A DNA stretch of 64,000 bases from Alphaproteobacteria bacterium (lineage in GTDB: Bacteria > Pseudomonadota > Alphaproteobacteria > VGEJ01), in the NCBI GenBank assembly GCA_965219135.1, contig CBDCMV010000003.1, forward strand, positions 2,176,616-2,240,615, read 5' to 3'. Under the pieces are notes generated by a model. It was not told where the DNA came from. It was given only the letters and a program-made list of their open reading frames with translations, and did not search any database. This document shows, one piece after another, positions 37,333-46,488 of the stretch; position 1 is the first letter of the stretch; every line of letters starts with the position of its first letter. A program made the position numbers and the translations under genes.

Positions 37333-37512
37333 TTACGGCTTTGGTGGTCCCGTGCGTTCCCAGGTATGCCCCGGCTCCTGCGTCGGTGGCAGCTTCGGAT
37401 CGCCTGGTTCGATCGTCACTTCGCGCGGCTTCGGCACCGAGCCGCCACGCGGCCCGCGTTCGATGTATTCCCCTGGTCGATTCGGCTTTTCGCCCGGCTT
37501 TTGCGTAGTCAT
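37333..37512 (-). CDS. Small Pro/Gly/Glu/Lys-rich ORF (59 aa) immediately upstream of Ubl B
   Basis: ATG 37512 with strong AGGAGA RBS. 'MTTQKPGEKPNRPGEYIERGPRGGSVPKPREVTIEPGDPKLPPTQEPGHTWERTGPPKP'. Too short for the ORF track. Confidence 0.3.
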   Translation of the reverse strand: MTTQKPGEKPNRPGEYIERGPRGGSVPKPREVTIEPGDPKLPPTQEPGHTWERTGPPKP

Positions 37513-37533
37513 TCCTTGATTCTCCTTGTTTTG

Positions 37534-37848
37534 CTACGCCCCCATGCGGGCGCGGCGGTCGTTGATCCATTCCCAGGCCCCCTTGGGGAGCCAGCCCCGG
37601 TAATCCTTGGTGACGCCGATGACGAGCGCCCTGTCGTTCTCTTCGAAATGCGTATCGAGGCGCTTCCAAATGCCTTCGGCGTCAAGCTTGGTATCGATCA
37701 GCCAGGTCGAGCCCAAATAGTGCCACCAGGCACCGCAGCCCTTGATGGCCTGATAGAGGCCCGTATAGTCCTGATCCGGTTTCTTGAGGTCGTAATTGAT
37801 CGCATAGATCAATGGTTGGCTTTGCCTTGCCCTGGGCACCACCGGCAC
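37534..37848 (-). CDS. Hypothetical protein (104 aa), first gene of the system B operon
   Basis: 'PLIYAINYDLKKPDQDYTGLYQAIKGCGAWWHYLGSTWLIDTKLDAEGIWKRLDTHFEENDRALVIGVTKDYRGWLPKGAWEWI' is globular-looking. No family recognised. Confidence 0.4.
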   Translation of the reverse strand: MPVVPRARQSQPLIYAINYDLKKPDQDYTGLYQAIKGCGAWWHYLGSTWLIDTKLDAEGIWKRLDTHFEENDRALVIGVTKDYRGWLPKGAWEWINDRRARMGA

Positions 37849-37957
37849 GCTGCGCGCTGGCTCTTATACTTCCCTATGCGGCTGCGGCGGCGGTTTCGGA
37901 CACGGCGGCAAAAAATAGATCGATGTCCGAGAGGTTCCTTGGATCCCGCATAGGGAG

Positions 37958-38554
37958 GTGATGGTAGGAGCGAATGCCTTGTCTACGATGAGTTCCGCGG
38001 CACATCGAACGCCCGATGAGATCGTCCGCGCAATACAGGGCCTGTCGGACGCCGATTGGACCAGGTTGGGCAAGGTGGGTGCGCTCTATGCACGCAACGG
38101 CCTAATCGAGGCGGACGATCTCCTCCAGGAAGCGTTCCGCCGTGCTCTCGACGGGCGTCGCAGTTGCCCGGCTCATGTCGGTCCGGTCAAGTTTCTCGCC
38201 GAGGCCATGCGCAGCATCGCCGATGGCGAATCGGAGAAAAGTGAAGGTAAGCCCCGGCTCGTCCCCATAGCGAACCATGGTGGCGACGAGACGGCCGTTG
38301 ACCCGCCCGATCCAGGACTCGACCCCGAGCAGCGCGCTGGCAGTGCCGAAGAGGTAGCGGCCATGGAAGCGTGCTTGCTCTCGCTCTTCGAGGACGACGA
38401 GATCGCCCAAGTGATTCTCGAAGGTATGATGGAAGGTATCGAGGGCGAAGAACTGAGGGAGCTTACCGATCTGGACAACACTGCCTATCAGAGCAAGCGC
38501 AGGCTGATCCGCCGGCGGATCGACAAGAAGTTCCCCAAAGGATGGACGTCATGA
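37958..38554 (+). CDS. ECF-type sigma-70 family factor (regions 2 and 4)
   Basis: Region 2-like 'DDLLQEAFRRALDG'. Region 4 HTH 'ELRELTDLDNTAYQSKRRLIRRRIDKKF'. GGGAGG RBS. Confidence 0.55.
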   Translation: MMVGANALSTMSSAAHRTPDEIVRAIQGLSDADWTRLGKVGALYARNGLIEADDLLQEAFRRALDGRRSCPAHVGPVKFLAEAMRSIADGESEKSEGKPRLVPIANHGGDETAVDPPDPGLDPEQRAGSAEEVAAMEACLLSLFEDDEIAQVILEGMMEGIEGEELRELTDLDNTAYQSKRRLIRRRIDKKFPKGWTS

Positions 38555-38982
38555 CCGGAGACCGGAAGAAGATGCGTAACGCGCTGGACCGGCTGGCAGA
38601 TGCTCTTGTGGACGACATCCTCAATGCGTCTGACGAGGAGATTCTGGCCGAAGCCGAAGAGGACGGCGTTGACCCTGCCAGGCTCGCTGGTCGCTTGCGT
38701 GAGGATTTCGAGCGCACGGCTACGGAGGCGGGAAAAGCGAAGCTCGCTGCGGCCAGACGGGGCGCGGCCAATGCCCGGCGATCGGGTGCTCGCGTGGTAA
38801 GGATAGAACCCGCTGATGCGCGGCGCCGCTACGACGCCATGATTGCTCAGGACCCTAAATTGACTGAGAAACTGACACTGGCCGCCCGGAAGGGTGAAGG
38901 CCAGTCCGAGAGCGATATCGACAGCGCCATCGAAGACCTGACCGAACTCGGCGCGTTCGATGCGGAGGACGATGACACGTGA
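38548..38982 (+). CDS. Hypothetical acidic protein (possible anti-sigma or adaptor), coupled between the sigma and the ImmA-like peptidase
   Basis: ATGA overlap with the sigma stop and GTGA overlap with the downstream start. 144 aa with a helical, acidic C-terminus. Confidence 0.4.
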   Translation, partial: VMTGDRKKMRNALDRLADALVDDILNASDEEILAEAEEDGVDPARLAGRLREDFERTATEAGKAKLAAARRGAANARRSGARVVRIEPADARRRYDAMIAQDPKLTEKLTLAARKGEGQSESDIDSAIEDLTELGAFDAEDDDT

Positions 38983-39818
38983 CCTCACTGTCGCCAGCCG
39001 AACGAGTCCTGCGCGACCTGGGCATCACTGATCCAAGCGAAATTGACCTTGAAGCAATCGCCTGGCACTTGGGCGCCCGGATCAAGCGCTGCGACCTGGA
39101 CGGCTGTGAGGCACGCATCATCGGTCACGGTGGCCGCGCGATCATCCGGGTGAACCGTTCGAGCCACCGCCGCCGGCAGCGCTTTTCGATCGGGCACGAG
39201 TTGGGGCACTGGCACCATCATCAAGGCCGGACGCTGATCTGCCGTTCCGAGGACATCGGCAGCCGCAAGCAGGGAACGCCGCAGCTTGAGCGCGTGGCAG
39301 ACGCCTATGCGGCCGAACTTCTCCTGCCGCGATACCTTTTTGTGCCTATTTCTCGTCAATATGCCGAGGCGAGCTTCCGCACGGTGCGGGAGTTAGGCAA
39401 CCTATTCGACGCCAGCCTGACTGCGACCGCCAACCGGCTGGTGGAAAGCCGACATAGCCCGGCCCTGCTTGTTTGCCATGGCCTTGAGGGACGCAAGTGG
39501 TTCGCCCGTTCGACCGATGTGCCCGACAGGTGGTTCCCCCGAGACGACTTGGATCCAGAAAGCTTTGGCTTCGACTTGCTCTTCGGACAGGGACAGGAGG
39601 AGACTCACCCCCGCCTGATCGGCGCCGACGCTTGGTTCGACCGGGACGAAGCAGAACGCTACGAACTTCGCGAGCATTCCGTCCGCACGGGTGACGACGA
39701 AATCCTCACTCTTTTGATGTTGACCGAAGACCGGATGTTGGAGGATTGGGGCTCTGGCGTCGCAAAGGGATCGCGGAGGACGCGCTTCGCCACGAGCTGG
39801 ACGCCATACCGTCGCTAG
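38979..39818 (+). CDS. ImmA/IrrE-family zinc metallopeptidase (COG2856-like)
   Basis: HEXXH 'SIGHELGHWHHH'. Family-typical context 'ADAYAAELLLPRYLF'. Confidence 0.7.
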   Translation: MTSLSPAERVLRDLGITDPSEIDLEAIAWHLGARIKRCDLDGCEARIIGHGGRAIIRVNRSSHRRRQRFSIGHELGHWHHHQGRTLICRSEDIGSRKQGTPQLERVADAYAAELLLPRYLFVPISRQYAEASFRTVRELGNLFDASLTATANRLVESRHSPALLVCHGLEGRKWFARSTDVPDRWFPRDDLDPESFGFDLLFGQGQEETHPRLIGADAWFDRDEAERYELREHSVRTGDDEILTLLMLTEDRMLEDWGSGVAKGSRRTRFATSWTPYRR

Positions 39819-40005
39819 AACGTGGAATTGGCCAGCCTGACATTTCGCGCGACTGCCAGACCGCGCTAGGTCTGTAAAGTGTTCTGAAAGGGCGGAAGAT
39901 TCTTGGCGGTGCTTGGCGGTGATTGACAAACAAAGGTTTACCGGTGGTCGTCGAGGCGGGCTTGGCGCCGGCAAACCTTCAGCCACCTCAATGGAGGCAT
40001 AGGAT

Positions 40006-40869
40006 TCAATTCGTGCCGGAGGCAGCTGCCCACTGTTTGAGTCCTTCTGCCCACGAATAACGTATTAGTCTACGATCTACGGCGTCTAGTACGTGACCCC
40101 ACGAATAGGTGCCCTCATTTGGAAAAGTTTTCGTATGCGCAGGTACGTTTACCATTGCGAGATATTCGCCGAGGATTCCGACGGCAACTCTGAGTGAGTT
40201 TTGACCCGGGACGAGCACGATTAGCGAGCCCTTCCGATTAGAGCAGAAACTGCGAAGGCATCGAAGTTGCCAATCATTCTCGGACAATAGTCCAGACAAA
40301 TAATGATCGGCCCGCAGTGTGAGGTGGTCGAAACCGTGATTGTGCGACGTATCCTGCAGAGGTGCCATCGAGGGATCTACACCCATAACTTCGCGTAGCT
40401 GTTGGTGATCTACCTCATGGCGAAATAAGTCTCCGTACACGAAATACCCGGCGGCCAATGCTACCTTGGCTGCAAAACGTACCGGCAGGTCGACATTCAA
40501 GGATGCTTGTAATTGTATGCTCTCACCCCCTGTTTTCGTCTCTCTGTCCTGTACATCCCGTAGCCGGATGCCGAGCTTCCGGTGGATGTGTAGCTGGGCC
40601 GGGCGATTTGATTCGCCGTATGTGGCATTCTTCGCGATAGCCCAAGGTTCTTTACCACTATGTCCACGCGCGCCGTACTCCGATCGTCGCAAGGCCACAA
40701 AGAACTCGTTTGCCAGCGCACCGTCGATCGCAGCGCCCAGTGTTGAATTGGCTGTCTTGTCAACCGGTATTTTCAGTTCGTTTACTCCACCCAACGACAT
40801 AGGGATGATATGTTCTGAACTTACTTTCTCTTTTGAAAGATCGCGGTCGGTGTAAGGGCAATAGATCAA
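40006..40869 (-). CDS. HNH endonuclease domain protein (287 aa), low-GC orphan
   Basis: N-terminal 'MIYCPYTDRDLSKEKVSSEHIIPMSLGG' HNH-type Cys/His motif. Visibly AT-richer than its flanks. Confidence 0.5.
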   Translation of the reverse strand: MIYCPYTDRDLSKEKVSSEHIIPMSLGGVNELKIPVDKTANSTLGAAIDGALANEFFVALRRSEYGARGHSGKEPWAIAKNATYGESNRPAQLHIHRKLGIRLRDVQDRETKTGGESIQLQASLNVDLPVRFAAKVALAAGYFVYGDLFRHEVDHQQLREVMGVDPSMAPLQDTSHNHGFDHLTLRADHYLSGLLSENDWQLRCLRSFCSNRKGSLIVLVPGQNSLRVAVGILGEYLAMVNVPAHTKTFPNEGTYSWGHVLDAVDRRLIRYSWAEGLKQWAAASGTN

Positions 40870-41097
40870 TTAAGATGTTCCTCGAATGCGTGACGGAGCA
40901 ATACTAGAGCCTATCCGGTTTGCTTGGAACCTCATCCAGAGCTTCGGATGCCTTGCATCCCACAGGGGTCTTCGACGCGTCAAGCTCGGCGGCTCGCGCG
41001 GGATGGGTTTGCCACGATGAGAATCGGGGAGAGCCCATGCCGCATCGACATCGCACTCTGACGTTGACCCCAAAATCCGGACCAGGTGGTTCTTCAC

Positions 41098-42000
41098 CTA
41101 TGCGGCCTGAGCGATGGTCATGTCCCTCCTGGCCTGTGCCGGCGTCCGGTAGCCGATGCTCGAGTGGCGCCGTCGTTGGTTATAGAAGATCTCGATGTAC
41201 TCGAATAGCGCAGCCCTGGCCTCGCGCCGGGTAGAAAACCGGGTACGGTGCACGAGTTCGGTCTTGAGAGACCCAAAGAAGCTCTCCATAGGGGCGTTGT
41301 CGAGGCAATTCCCCTTGCGGCTCATGGAGGCCTTGATGCCATGGAGGCGGAGCAGTTTGCGGTAGTCACCGCAGGCATATTGCACACCGCGGTCGGAATG
41401 GTGGATCAGCCCCATGGGCAACCGGCGGCTGCGGATCGCCATCTTCAGCGCCTCCTCGCACAGGACGCTCTTCAGCCGCTCGGACATCGACCAGCCGACG
41501 ATCTCCATCGTGGCCAGATCCTTGACGGCGGCGAGGTAGAGCCAGCCTTCGTCAGTTGTGATGTAGGAGATGTCAGCGAGCCAGACCGCATCGGGCGCAA
41601 CGGCTTCGAAGTTGCGGTCGAGCAGATTGGGCGCGATCGCATGGGAGTGGCGGCTGTCGGTGGTGATCGGCGCCCGCCGCCTGCCTCGCGGTGGACGAAT
41701 GCCGTTCTCTCGCATGAGCTTGGCGACCGTGCGCTTCGAGGTGCGAAAGCCGCGGGCTTTCAACTCGGCATGGATCCGAGGCGCGCCGTAGCACCTCTTG
41801 CTCTGCTCGAAGATCTCCCGGATCTCGGACCCGAGCCTGCCACGCCGGGCAACGCGTTCAGCTCTCTTTGGGGCCGCACGCCGCCGGGCGTGGAACCAGC
41901 TGTGAGCAACCCCCAGGACCCGGCACATGAACCGGATGGCGTGCTCTGAAGCATGGGCGGCGATGAAAGCGTGCTTCGTCTTCATGTCTTCGCCGCCCAT
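41098..42000 (-). CDS. IS3 transposase OrfB (DDE integrase core)
   Basis: 'DISYITTDEGWLYLAAVKDL...HHSDRGVQYA...CLDNAPMESFFGSLK'. Confidence 0.8.
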   Translation of the reverse strand: MGGEDMKTKHAFIAAHASEHAIRFMCRVLGVAHSWFHARRRAAPKRAERVARRGRLGSEIREIFEQSKRCYGAPRIHAELKARGFRTSKRTVAKLMRENGIRPPRGRRRAPITTDSRHSHAIAPNLLDRNFEAVAPDAVWLADISYITTDEGWLYLAAVKDLATMEIVGWSMSERLKSVLCEEALKMAIRSRRLPMGLIHHSDRGVQYACGDYRKLLRLHGIKASMSRKGNCLDNAPMESFFGSLKTELVHRTRFSTRREARAALFEYIEIFYNQRRRHSSIGYRTPAQARRDMTIAQAA

Positions 42001-42281
42001 TGAGCGAAAAAAGCCGAGGCTTTGCGTAGAACCTCAACCTCCTCCGTCAGCCGCTTGTTATCCCGGCGAAGCTGCACCAGTTCAGCGGCCTCGGCTTTCT
42101 GCGCCGCGGTCGCCGCGGCCGAACCCGCGGCCTCAAGCTCGAGCCGCCAGGTCTTCAACTGCGTTGGCGTGACGCCGAGCTCGGCAGCCACACTGCTATG
42201 CGTCGCACCCGGCTCCGACAGCCGGGCAACCGACTGTTCCTTGTATTCCGGCGAAAATCGCCGCCTCGTCTGCTTTGTCAT
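41982..42281 (-). CDS. IS3 transposase OrfA (HTH)
   Basis: 'MTKQTRRRFSPEYKEQSVARLSEPGATHSSVAAELGVTPTQLKTWR'. Confidence 0.8.
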   Translation of the reverse strand: MTKQTRRRFSPEYKEQSVARLSEPGATHSSVAAELGVTPTQLKTWRLELEAAGSAAATAAQKAEAAELVQLRRDNKRLTEEVEVLRKASAFFAQWAAKT

Positions 42282-42600
42282 CTCGTCCCTCCAGGTCGGT
42301 ATTCAATTTACCGCCTGGTCCGGGATCCGGGAGCAACGTCACTCATCGCAATCTACGGAGCAAATCAAGGTCTCGATTATCCTCCGGACGACTTCGAGGT
42401 CCAGTATATCGGTTTCCGTAGCGTGAACGACCAGGGTCGGGCAAGCGATCCCGGGCTGGGAAGGCCACAAATCGAGCGGTGCGATCGGGTCGCCCCGCCG
42501 CCGCGCCTCGCGGTTCTGCGGCGTCGCGGCGATGCGGTCGAAGACAACCCTTGGCCCGGCGCATAGACTGGCGTGGCAACGAACAACCAAAGGGACCCGG

Positions 42601-42897
42601 ATGAGTGCCGTCGTACTACTCGTGGAGTTGAAGATCGCCGAAGGCAAGCGGGATGCCTTCATCGCCCGCGGAATACAGCACCGCGAGCGGGTTCTGAAGA
42701 ACGAGCCGGGCTGCCAGCGATTCGACATCGTGGTCCCGGACGGCACGGCCGACGTCGTGCGGCTCTATGAAGTCTATGACGACCAGGACGCGGTCGACCA
42801 CCAGATGAAGACCGACTACATGGCCGCCTACCGCGAGGATACTGCGTCCATGGTGGCGGACCGGGAGATCGTAACGGCGCTGCTGGGGAACGATTGA
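42601..42897 (+). CDS. Antibiotic-biosynthesis-monooxygenase (ABM/Dabb) family protein
   Basis: 98 aa from an internal Met: 'MSAVVLLVELKIAEGKRDAFIARGIQHRERVLKNEPGCQRFDIVVP...'. Confidence 0.5.
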   Translation: MSAVVLLVELKIAEGKRDAFIARGIQHRERVLKNEPGCQRFDIVVPDGTADVVRLYEVYDDQDAVDHQMKTDYMAAYREDTASMVADREIVTALLGND

Positions 42898-43589
42898 ATT
42901 CGCGCCCGGAGAAGACTGGGGGCGCCGGCGCGCACGCCGTTGTCGCGCTCGAACCTCTTCTCCCACTCATTGAGCGTCTGCGCCGTGCAGCCGATCTTCC
43001 CAGCTATCGAGAAACAGCCGCCCAACGCGAGGCGTGTTCGCCTACGTGATCCAGAACCATCCGCACCGCACGGGCGCGAATCTCAAAAGAAAACCTGTTC
43101 CTTGTCTTGCTCATAATGGCTCCACTTTCTCAAGAGTTGGAGCCTCCGACAAACCCGGCGCGGTTCAACTGGTCAGCCCGACTGTGAACAGGGCCTGGCC
43201 CACAGGGTTGCAGGCATTGAGGTCTCGGCAGGCGAAGGGAACTGCTGCGAGAGCCACACGTATCGATGGGTTCGACTTCAAGGTGTTAGAGAACGCCCGC
43301 CGCCCTGCCCATGATGATCTACCGTCATCGAGGGTAAGCGTGACAAGGGTGCGCTTGTCGTTCCAATGGTCCTGACTTTCATGACTTCCGATTCGTCCAA
43401 ACCTGCCAATGAGCGCCGACGAGACACGCGTGTTTGAATCTTGCCGGAGACCCATACGGTGCCCCGAGGGGCAGAGAAAGGCGGCTGCTCCAAGGCCCGG
43501 TGTCACCACATGAAACTTCAAGCCTTCAGACCAATCTACGGGTGCCCGGTCGAACGCCCTGCTCCTGCTGCAGGAGCGGAACTGCTCCG

Positions 43590-44262
43590 GAGCTACCCGG
43601 CCGGCGGCGCGCCCCGCCCGATCGCGCTGTCGCGCAGCGTCCGTTCGAGCAGGCGGAACGGCTCCAGGTCCTCGGCGGCGCACCGGGCGGCGAACCCGGC
43701 GCGGCAGCGGCGCGGGCGCTCGGCGTCGATCTGTGGATCAAGCGCGACGACTGCACCGGGCTGGCCCTCGGCGGCAACAAGGTGCGCCAGCTCGAGTTCC
43801 ACTTCGGCGAGACCCGGGCGCGCGGCGCCGACACGGTGCTGGTCACCGGCGCGGTGCAGTCGAACCTGGTGCGCCTCGCCGCCGCGGCCGCGCGCAAACT
43901 CGGAATGGCAGTGCACATCCAGCTCGAGGACCGGGTGGCGGACGGGGGCGAGACCTACCACACCTCCGGCAACCTGCTGCTCGACCGGGTGCTGGGTGCA
44001 ACCCTGCACCCGTTCCCGGAGGGCGAGGACGAGGCGGCGGCGGACGCGGCGATGGAACGGCGCGCCCGGGCGCTCGCCGATGAGGGCCGCGAGCCCTACG
44101 TCATCCACTCCGCCCCCGGCCATCCGCCGCTCGGCGGGCTCGGCTACGTGCTTGCCGCCGAAGAGATCGTGGGCCAGGCCCCCAGCATGCGCTTCGACGC
44201 CGTCGTCTGCGCCTCGGGCAGCGCACTCACCCACGCCGGCCTGCTGGCCGGGCTGCGGGCGC
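43590..44262 (+). pseudogene. ACC deaminase / D-cysteine desulfhydrase family N-terminal and central part, truncated at 44262 by IS21
   Basis: 'GVDLWIKRDDCTGLALGGNKVRQLEF...VTGAVQSNLVRLAAAAARKLGM...HSAPGHPPLGGLGYV...ASGSALTHAGLLAGLRAL'. The reading frame then runs directly into istB sequence. Confidence 0.55.
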
Positions 44263-44293
44263 TCCGACCAAGATTACCGCCGATACCGCCAAG

Positions 44294-45079
44294 TTGCCGC
44301 TGATGCTGACCGCGCTGCGTCTGCCGACCTTTGCGAACCTGTGGCCGGCGTTCGCGGACAGGGCCGATCGTGAAGGGTGGCCGGCCGCCCGGTTCCTGGC
44401 CGCTCTGGCCGAGTTGGAGCTGGCCGAGCGTGATCGCCGCCGCATCCAGCGCCATCTCAGGGAGGCACGCCTGCCCATGGGCAAGACGCTCGAAAGCTTC
44501 GACTTCGCGGCCGTGCCAACACTCAGCAAGGCCCATGTCATGGCCCTGGCCGAGGGCGACAGCTGGCTGGCCAAGGGCAACAACATCCTCGCCTTCGGCC
44601 CGCCCGGTGGCGGAAAGGGCCACTTGGCGGCCGCACTTGACCATGCGCTCATCCACAAGGGCTACAGGGTGCTGTTCACCCGAACCACGGATCTCGTCCA
44701 GCGGCTGCAAACGGCACGCCAGAACCTCACGCTTGCCCAGGACGTCGCCAAGCTCGACAAGTTCCACCTGCTGATCCTCGACGACCTGTCCTATGTCCAG
44801 AAAGATCACGCCGAGACCAGCGTCCTCTTCGAGCTTATCGCCGCGCGCTACGAGCGCCGCTCCATCATGATCACCGCCAACCAACCCTTCGGCGGATGGG
44901 ACGGCATCTTCCCGGACAAGGCCATGACCGTCGCTGCGATCGATCGCCTCGTCCATCACGCCGTCATCTTCGAGATGAACGTGGAAAGCTACAGACGCCG
45001 CGCGGCCCTCGAGCGCGCGACATCGAAACCCGACACAGCCAGCGACATCCCAAACGCACAACCGAAAAAGGACACCTGA
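44294..45079 (+). CDS. istB: IS21-family IstB helper ATPase (IS remnant; no istA present)
   Basis: Walker A 'AFGPPGGGKGHLAAAL' and Walker B 'LLILDDLSY'. Confidence 0.8.
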   Translation: MPLMLTALRLPTFANLWPAFADRADREGWPAARFLAALAELELAERDRRRIQRHLREARLPMGKTLESFDFAAVPTLSKAHVMALAEGDSWLAKGNNILAFGPPGGGKGHLAAALDHALIHKGYRVLFTRTTDLVQRLQTARQNLTLAQDVAKLDKFHLLILDDLSYVQKDHAETSVLFELIAARYERRSIMITANQPFGGWDGIFPDKAMTVAAIDRLVHHAVIFEMNVESYRRRAALERATSKPDTASDIPNAQPKKDT

Positions 45080-45345
45080 TCTTCAGCCAAATCGGCCCCG
45101 GCGTGTCATCGAGCCTTGATCCCGAAACCACGCATGGGCATGCTCAAAACAGTGCAGTCGGCACGTCACCGACGATGTCGCTCACCATTCACCAGCGATG
45201 TCGCGCTACAGTCATGTCCCGAATCTCACTGTCGGTCGGTTCAGAGAAACTACCAATCTATGCTGCAGAGGATGCATAGCTTTGCGTTGCTGACGCACCG
45301 GGATCCCGCGGTGCCAGCCTGTTGATTTAACCCAATGATCGCGTT

Positions 45346-45666
45346 CTATTCGGTCGAAACCTGCGTTTTGGCTTCCTCGAGCAGGCGGGTCATCTCGTGA
45401 CGCACCTTGTGCTCGTCCGTCGCGATCCCTTTGTCGGTCAGGTCGCCGAGCACCTTCCGCAACACATCGGCATCTCCCGGCTCTTCAAAATCGGCGATCA
45501 CGACCTGCTTGGCGTAGGCTTCAGCATCCGCGCCTGAAATGCCCATTTGCTCCGCTGCCCACAGGCCGAGCAGCTTGTTGCGCCGCGCGATGGTCTTGAA
45601 CTGGAACTCCTGATCATACGTGAACTTGGCTTCGGCGGCTGTTTTGCGGTCATCAAAGGCGGTCAT
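45346..45666 (-). CDS. F1-ATPase inhibitor zeta subunit (DUF1476), alphaproteobacterial type
   Basis: 'MTAFDDRKTAAEAKFTYDQEFQFKTIARRNKLLGLWAAEQMG...VVIADFEEPGDADVLRKV' closely matches the Paracoccus zeta-subunit pattern. Confidence 0.75.
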   Translation of the reverse strand: MTAFDDRKTAAEAKFTYDQEFQFKTIARRNKLLGLWAAEQMGISGADAEAYAKQVVIADFEEPGDADVLRKVLGDLTDKGIATDEHKVRHEMTRLLEEAKTQVSTE

Positions 45667-45998
45667 CGACTGAGCTCCTCAACTTCAGAAGACGGGGTCG
45701 GTGCTTTATCCGCCTTTTCATTCTTGTATGCGATGAAGCCCGACGCACCCTTGCCTTTGGCGCGGCGCAGTGTGTAGCCATAATTTCCGAGATTGAATTT
45801 CGGGTCATTCTCAAAGCCCGCGAGAGCCCCGACGATCTTCATCGCCACGGGATCTGGCTTGCTCCTGGCTTGTAAGGCAGCCTCCCGCTCCAGCCACCTT
45901 GCGAAGACCTCTTCGGCGAGGTCGTCGCCGACAGATTTCCGAAGCGCGTTCAATTTTCTCACCAGACCTTTGGTGAGCCCGGTCTCATCGATAGCCAT
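45663..45998 (-). CDS. Hypothetical protein; right copy of the inverted paralog pair (see 4594-4971), coupled to the zeta gene
   Basis: 'MAIDETGLTKGLVRKLNALRKSVGDDLAEEVFARWLEREAALQARSKPDPVAMKIV...'. 4-nt overlap with the downstream gene. Confidence 0.5.
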   Translation of the reverse strand: MAIDETGLTKGLVRKLNALRKSVGDDLAEEVFARWLEREAALQARSKPDPVAMKIVGALAGFENDPKFNLGNYGYTLRRAKGKGASGFIAYKNEKADKAPTPSSEVEELSR

Positions 45999-46488
45999 TT
46001 CCTGAACCTCTCATTTCAAGCCTCTTATACTGCCGCGTGGCCCGACTGGTGCAACTGATTGCCACTGTTACACGCCAGCTTGCCGTTTCCCTTTTCACGT
46101 CGTTCTACTTGAACCGATGTGCTGGATGTATTCTACCGCCAAACCAAGTTAACCGCCGCCGGCGCCGACAAGGTAAATTTACAGGCATTGCCTGATGTTC
46201 ACCGTAGTTACCCCCACGACGAGTCTTAGAGGCCGTTTCGAAAGGGGTTATAAGTTTGTATTGACGAAAAACGCTATTTAACCCAAACTCCCGGCCCTGC
46301 GAGGGAGGATCAAGATGCGCATTGCCCTGGCTGGATAACAATCAGGGTGTATGAAGGTGATGGCGGTCGTTTCCTGGGTGTAGCCACTGGTGAGGTCAGA
46401 GGGCACGCCTTCGAGGCGATAGCGACCGACGTAAAAAACGCTAGCGCGATCGCGATCAAATACAGCATCGACCAGAATTGGTGAGGCA

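Larger units (their letters stand above)
41065..42335. mobile_element. IS3-family insertion sequence, complete (1271 bp), minus orientation
   Basis: Terminal inverted repeats TGACCCCAAAATCCGGACCAGGTGG (41065) and TGCTCCCGGATCCCGGACCAGGCGG (rc of 42311-42335). orfA and orfB overlap, with a TTTTTTC slippery run. Confidence 0.8.

Noticed and set aside
39402-39986. 194-aa minus-strand ORF overlapping the ImmA-like gene 3' end
   Set aside because: Antisense to a gene with an HEXXH motif. The translation is low-complexity with no start or RBS support.
43441-44373. 310-aa ORF in an alternative frame across the ACC-deaminase-family fragment
   Set aside because: Only its first about 25 residues ('MKLQAFRP...') could conceivably be the true N-terminus of the PLP enzyme before a frameshift. 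The rest is Ala/Arg/Ser-rich nonsense. The KRDD PLP-fold motifs are in frame 43590-44262.
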